From Escherichia coli O157:H7 (GTDB lineage: Bacteria > Pseudomonadota > Gammaproteobacteria > Enterobacterales > Enterobacteriaceae), in assembly GCF_013167455.1 (NCBI RefSeq), contig NZ_CP038328.1: 64,000 nt of DNA. One strand, given 5' to 3'. Position numbers and translations under genes: made by a program. A model generated the notes under the pieces. That model did not search any database and was not told the origin of the DNA. It saw only the letters and a program-made list of their open reading frames with translations. This document shows, in pieces, positions 62,275 to 64,000 of this stretch (the first letter of the stretch is position 1; every line of letters begins with the position of its first letter).

Positions 62275-63099
62275 ATGAAAAAGGTCGCAATTGTCGGGTT
62301 AGGGTGGTTAGGCATGCCGCTGGCGATGTCACTTTCAGCGCGAGGCTGGCAAGTCACCGGGAGTAAAACCACACAAGATGGTGTCGAAGCGGCCCGAATG
62401 AGTGGCATTGATAGCTATCTGCTTCGCATGGAGCCTGAGTTAGTTTGCGATTCTGACGATCTGGATGCCCTGATGGATGCCGATGCGCTGGTCATTACGC
62501 TTCCGGCCCGTCGTAGCGGCCCCGGCGATGAGTTCTATTTACAAGCGGTACAAGAGTTAGTGGATAGCGCGCTGGCCCATCGTATTCCCCGAATTATTTT
62601 TACCAGTTCAACGTCTGTCTATGGCGACGCGCAAGGCACGGTGAAAGAAACCACCCCGCGTAATCCGGTGACCAACAGTGGACGAGTATTAGAAGAACTC
62701 GAAGACTGGCTGCACAATTTACCCGGTACTTCGGTCGATATTCTGCGTCTTGCGGGCCTGGTCGGACCGGGGCGTCATCCCGGACGCTTCTTTGCCGGAA
62801 AAACCGCGCCTGATGGTGAACATGGTGTTAATTTAGTCCATTTAGAAGATGTTATTGGCGCTATCACTCTGTTGTTACAGGCACCTAAAGGCGGACACAT
62901 CTATAATATATGTGCGCCAGCTCACCCTGCGCGTAATGTTTTCTATCCGCAGATGGCCCGTTTACTGGGGCTGGAACCTCCGCAATTCAGAAATAGTCTG
63001 GACAGCGGCAAAGGTAAGATTATTGATGGCAGTCGGATTTGTAATGAACTGGGATTTGAATACCAGTATCCCGATCCGCTGGTAATGCCGCTGGAGTAA
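62275..63099 (+). CDS. yeeZ: NAD(P)-binding epimerase/dehydratase-family protein YeeZ
   Basis: 274 aa MKKVAIVGLGWLGMPLAMSLSARGWQVTGSKTTQDG...; Rossmann motif. Confidence 0.88.
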   Translation: MKKVAIVGLGWLGMPLAMSLSARGWQVTGSKTTQDGVEAARMSGIDSYLLRMEPELVCDSDDLDALMDADALVITLPARRSGPGDEFYLQAVQELVDSALAHRIPRIIFTSSTSVYGDAQGTVKETTPRNPVTNSGRVLEELEDWLHNLPGTSVDILRLAGLVGPGRHPGRFFAGKTAPDGEHGVNLVHLEDVIGAITLLLQAPKGGHIYNICAPAHPARNVFYPQMARLLGLEPPQFRNSLDSGKGKIIDGSRICNELGFEYQYPDPLVMPLE

Positions 63100-63144
63100 A
63101 CGATCACGCCAGCAGGACGCCGCATGCACTGCAAGGGGGCGTGT

Positions 63145-64000
63145 ATGAAACCACTGCTGGATGTGTTGATGATCCTCGATGCCTTAGAAAAAGAAGGCAG
63201 TTTTGCGGCGGCGTCGGCTAAACTCTACAAGACGCCGTCCGCTCTGAGTTACACCGTTCACAAGCTGGAAAGCGACCTTAATATTCAATTGCTTGATCGT
63301 AGCGGTCACCGCGCTAAATTCACCCGTACCGGAAAAATGTTATTAGAGAAGGGGCGGGAAGTTCTGCATACCGTGCGAGAACTGGAAAAGCAGGCGATCA
63401 AACTGCATGAAGGCTGGGAAAACGAGCTGGTGATTGGCGTGGACGACACGTTTCCTTTTTCTCTGCTTGCGCCACTCATTGAAGCTTTTTATCAACATCA
63501 TAACGTGACGCGCCTGAAGTTTATCAATGGCGTACTCGGTGGTTCATGGGATGCCCTGACTCAGGGGCGAGCGGATATTATTGTTGGCGCGATGCATGAG
63601 CCACCATCTTCCAGTGAGTTTGGTTTCTCGCGGTTGGGCGATCTGGAACAAGTCTTTGCGGTCGCGCCTCATCATCCGTTAGCCCAGGAAGAAGAACCAT
63701 TAAACCGTCGTATCATTAAACGATATCGGGCGATTGTGGTGGGGGACACTGCGCAGGCAGGCGCTTCTACGGCCTCACAACTTCTCGACGAACAAGAAGC
63801 CATTACCGTTTTCGATTTTAAAACCAAGCTGGAGCTGCAAATTAGCGGCCTCGGCTGCGGCTATTTACCCCGTTATCTGGCGCAACGTTTTCTCGATAGT
63901 GGCGCGTTAATCGAGAAGAAAGTGGTCGCCCAAACTCTCTTTGAACCCGTCTGGATTGGCTGGAATGAACAGACCGCAGGACTTGCCAGCGGCTGGTGGC
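63145..64000 (+). CDS. yeeY: LysR-family transcriptional regulator YeeY, N-terminal about 285 codons; 3' end outside the window
   Basis: MKPLLDVLMILDALEKEGSFAAASAKLYKTPSALSYTVHKLESDLNIQLLDRSGHRAKFTRTGKMLL...: LysR-type wHTH N-terminus; reading frame open to the window end. Confidence 0.85.
   Translation, partial: MKPLLDVLMILDALEKEGSFAAASAKLYKTPSALSYTVHKLESDLNIQLLDRSGHRAKFTRTGKMLLEKGREVLHTVRELEKQAIKLHEGWENELVIGVDDTFPFSLLAPLIEAFYQHHNVTRLKFINGVLGGSWDALTQGRADIIVGAMHEPPSSSEFGFSRLGDLEQVFAVAPHHPLAQEEEPLNRRIIKRYRAIVVGDTAQAGASTASQLLDEQEAITVFDFKTKLELQISGLGCGYLPRYLAQRFLDSGALIEKKVVAQTLFEPVWIGWNEQTAGLASGWW

Overview
This window is an Escherichia coli chromosomal segment, syntenic with the K-12 45-46 min region but in inverted orientation. 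Gene order: yegD' (partial) - alkA - dgcE/yegE - udk - dcd - asmA - [two-gene toxin-antitoxin cassette] - yegH - colanic acid cluster (wza, wzb, wzc, wcaA-F, gmd, fcl, gmm, wcaI, cpsB, cpsG, wcaJ, wzxC, wcaK-M) - gne - galF - O-antigen cluster - gnd - ugd - wzzB - hisIFAHBCDG with hisL leader - yeeZ - yeeY' (partial). The O-antigen cluster between galF and gnd is AT-rich and has the gene content and order I recognise as the O157 type (wbdN, wzy, wbdO, wzx, per, wbdP, gmd, fcl, wbdQ, manC, manB, H-repeat remnant, wbdR). Most of the window is well-known core or serotype biology; I did not find a convincing wholly novel multi-gene system. The points most worth a second look are: (1) a HigB-2/HigA-2-like toxin-antitoxin pair between asmA and yegH with its own promoter and a perfect palindrome; (2) an apparent +1 frameshift splitting the diguanylate cyclase gene dgcE; (3) a ~1.3 kb near-identical direct repeat (cpsG vs O-antigen manB) about 21 kb apart; (4) a decayed ISAs1/H-repeat transposase inside the O-antigen cluster; (5) apparent absence of the yefM-yoeB module that K-12 carries between hisL and yeeZ. 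All calls rest on reading the sequence and ORF translations against remembered protein families; no database search was run.
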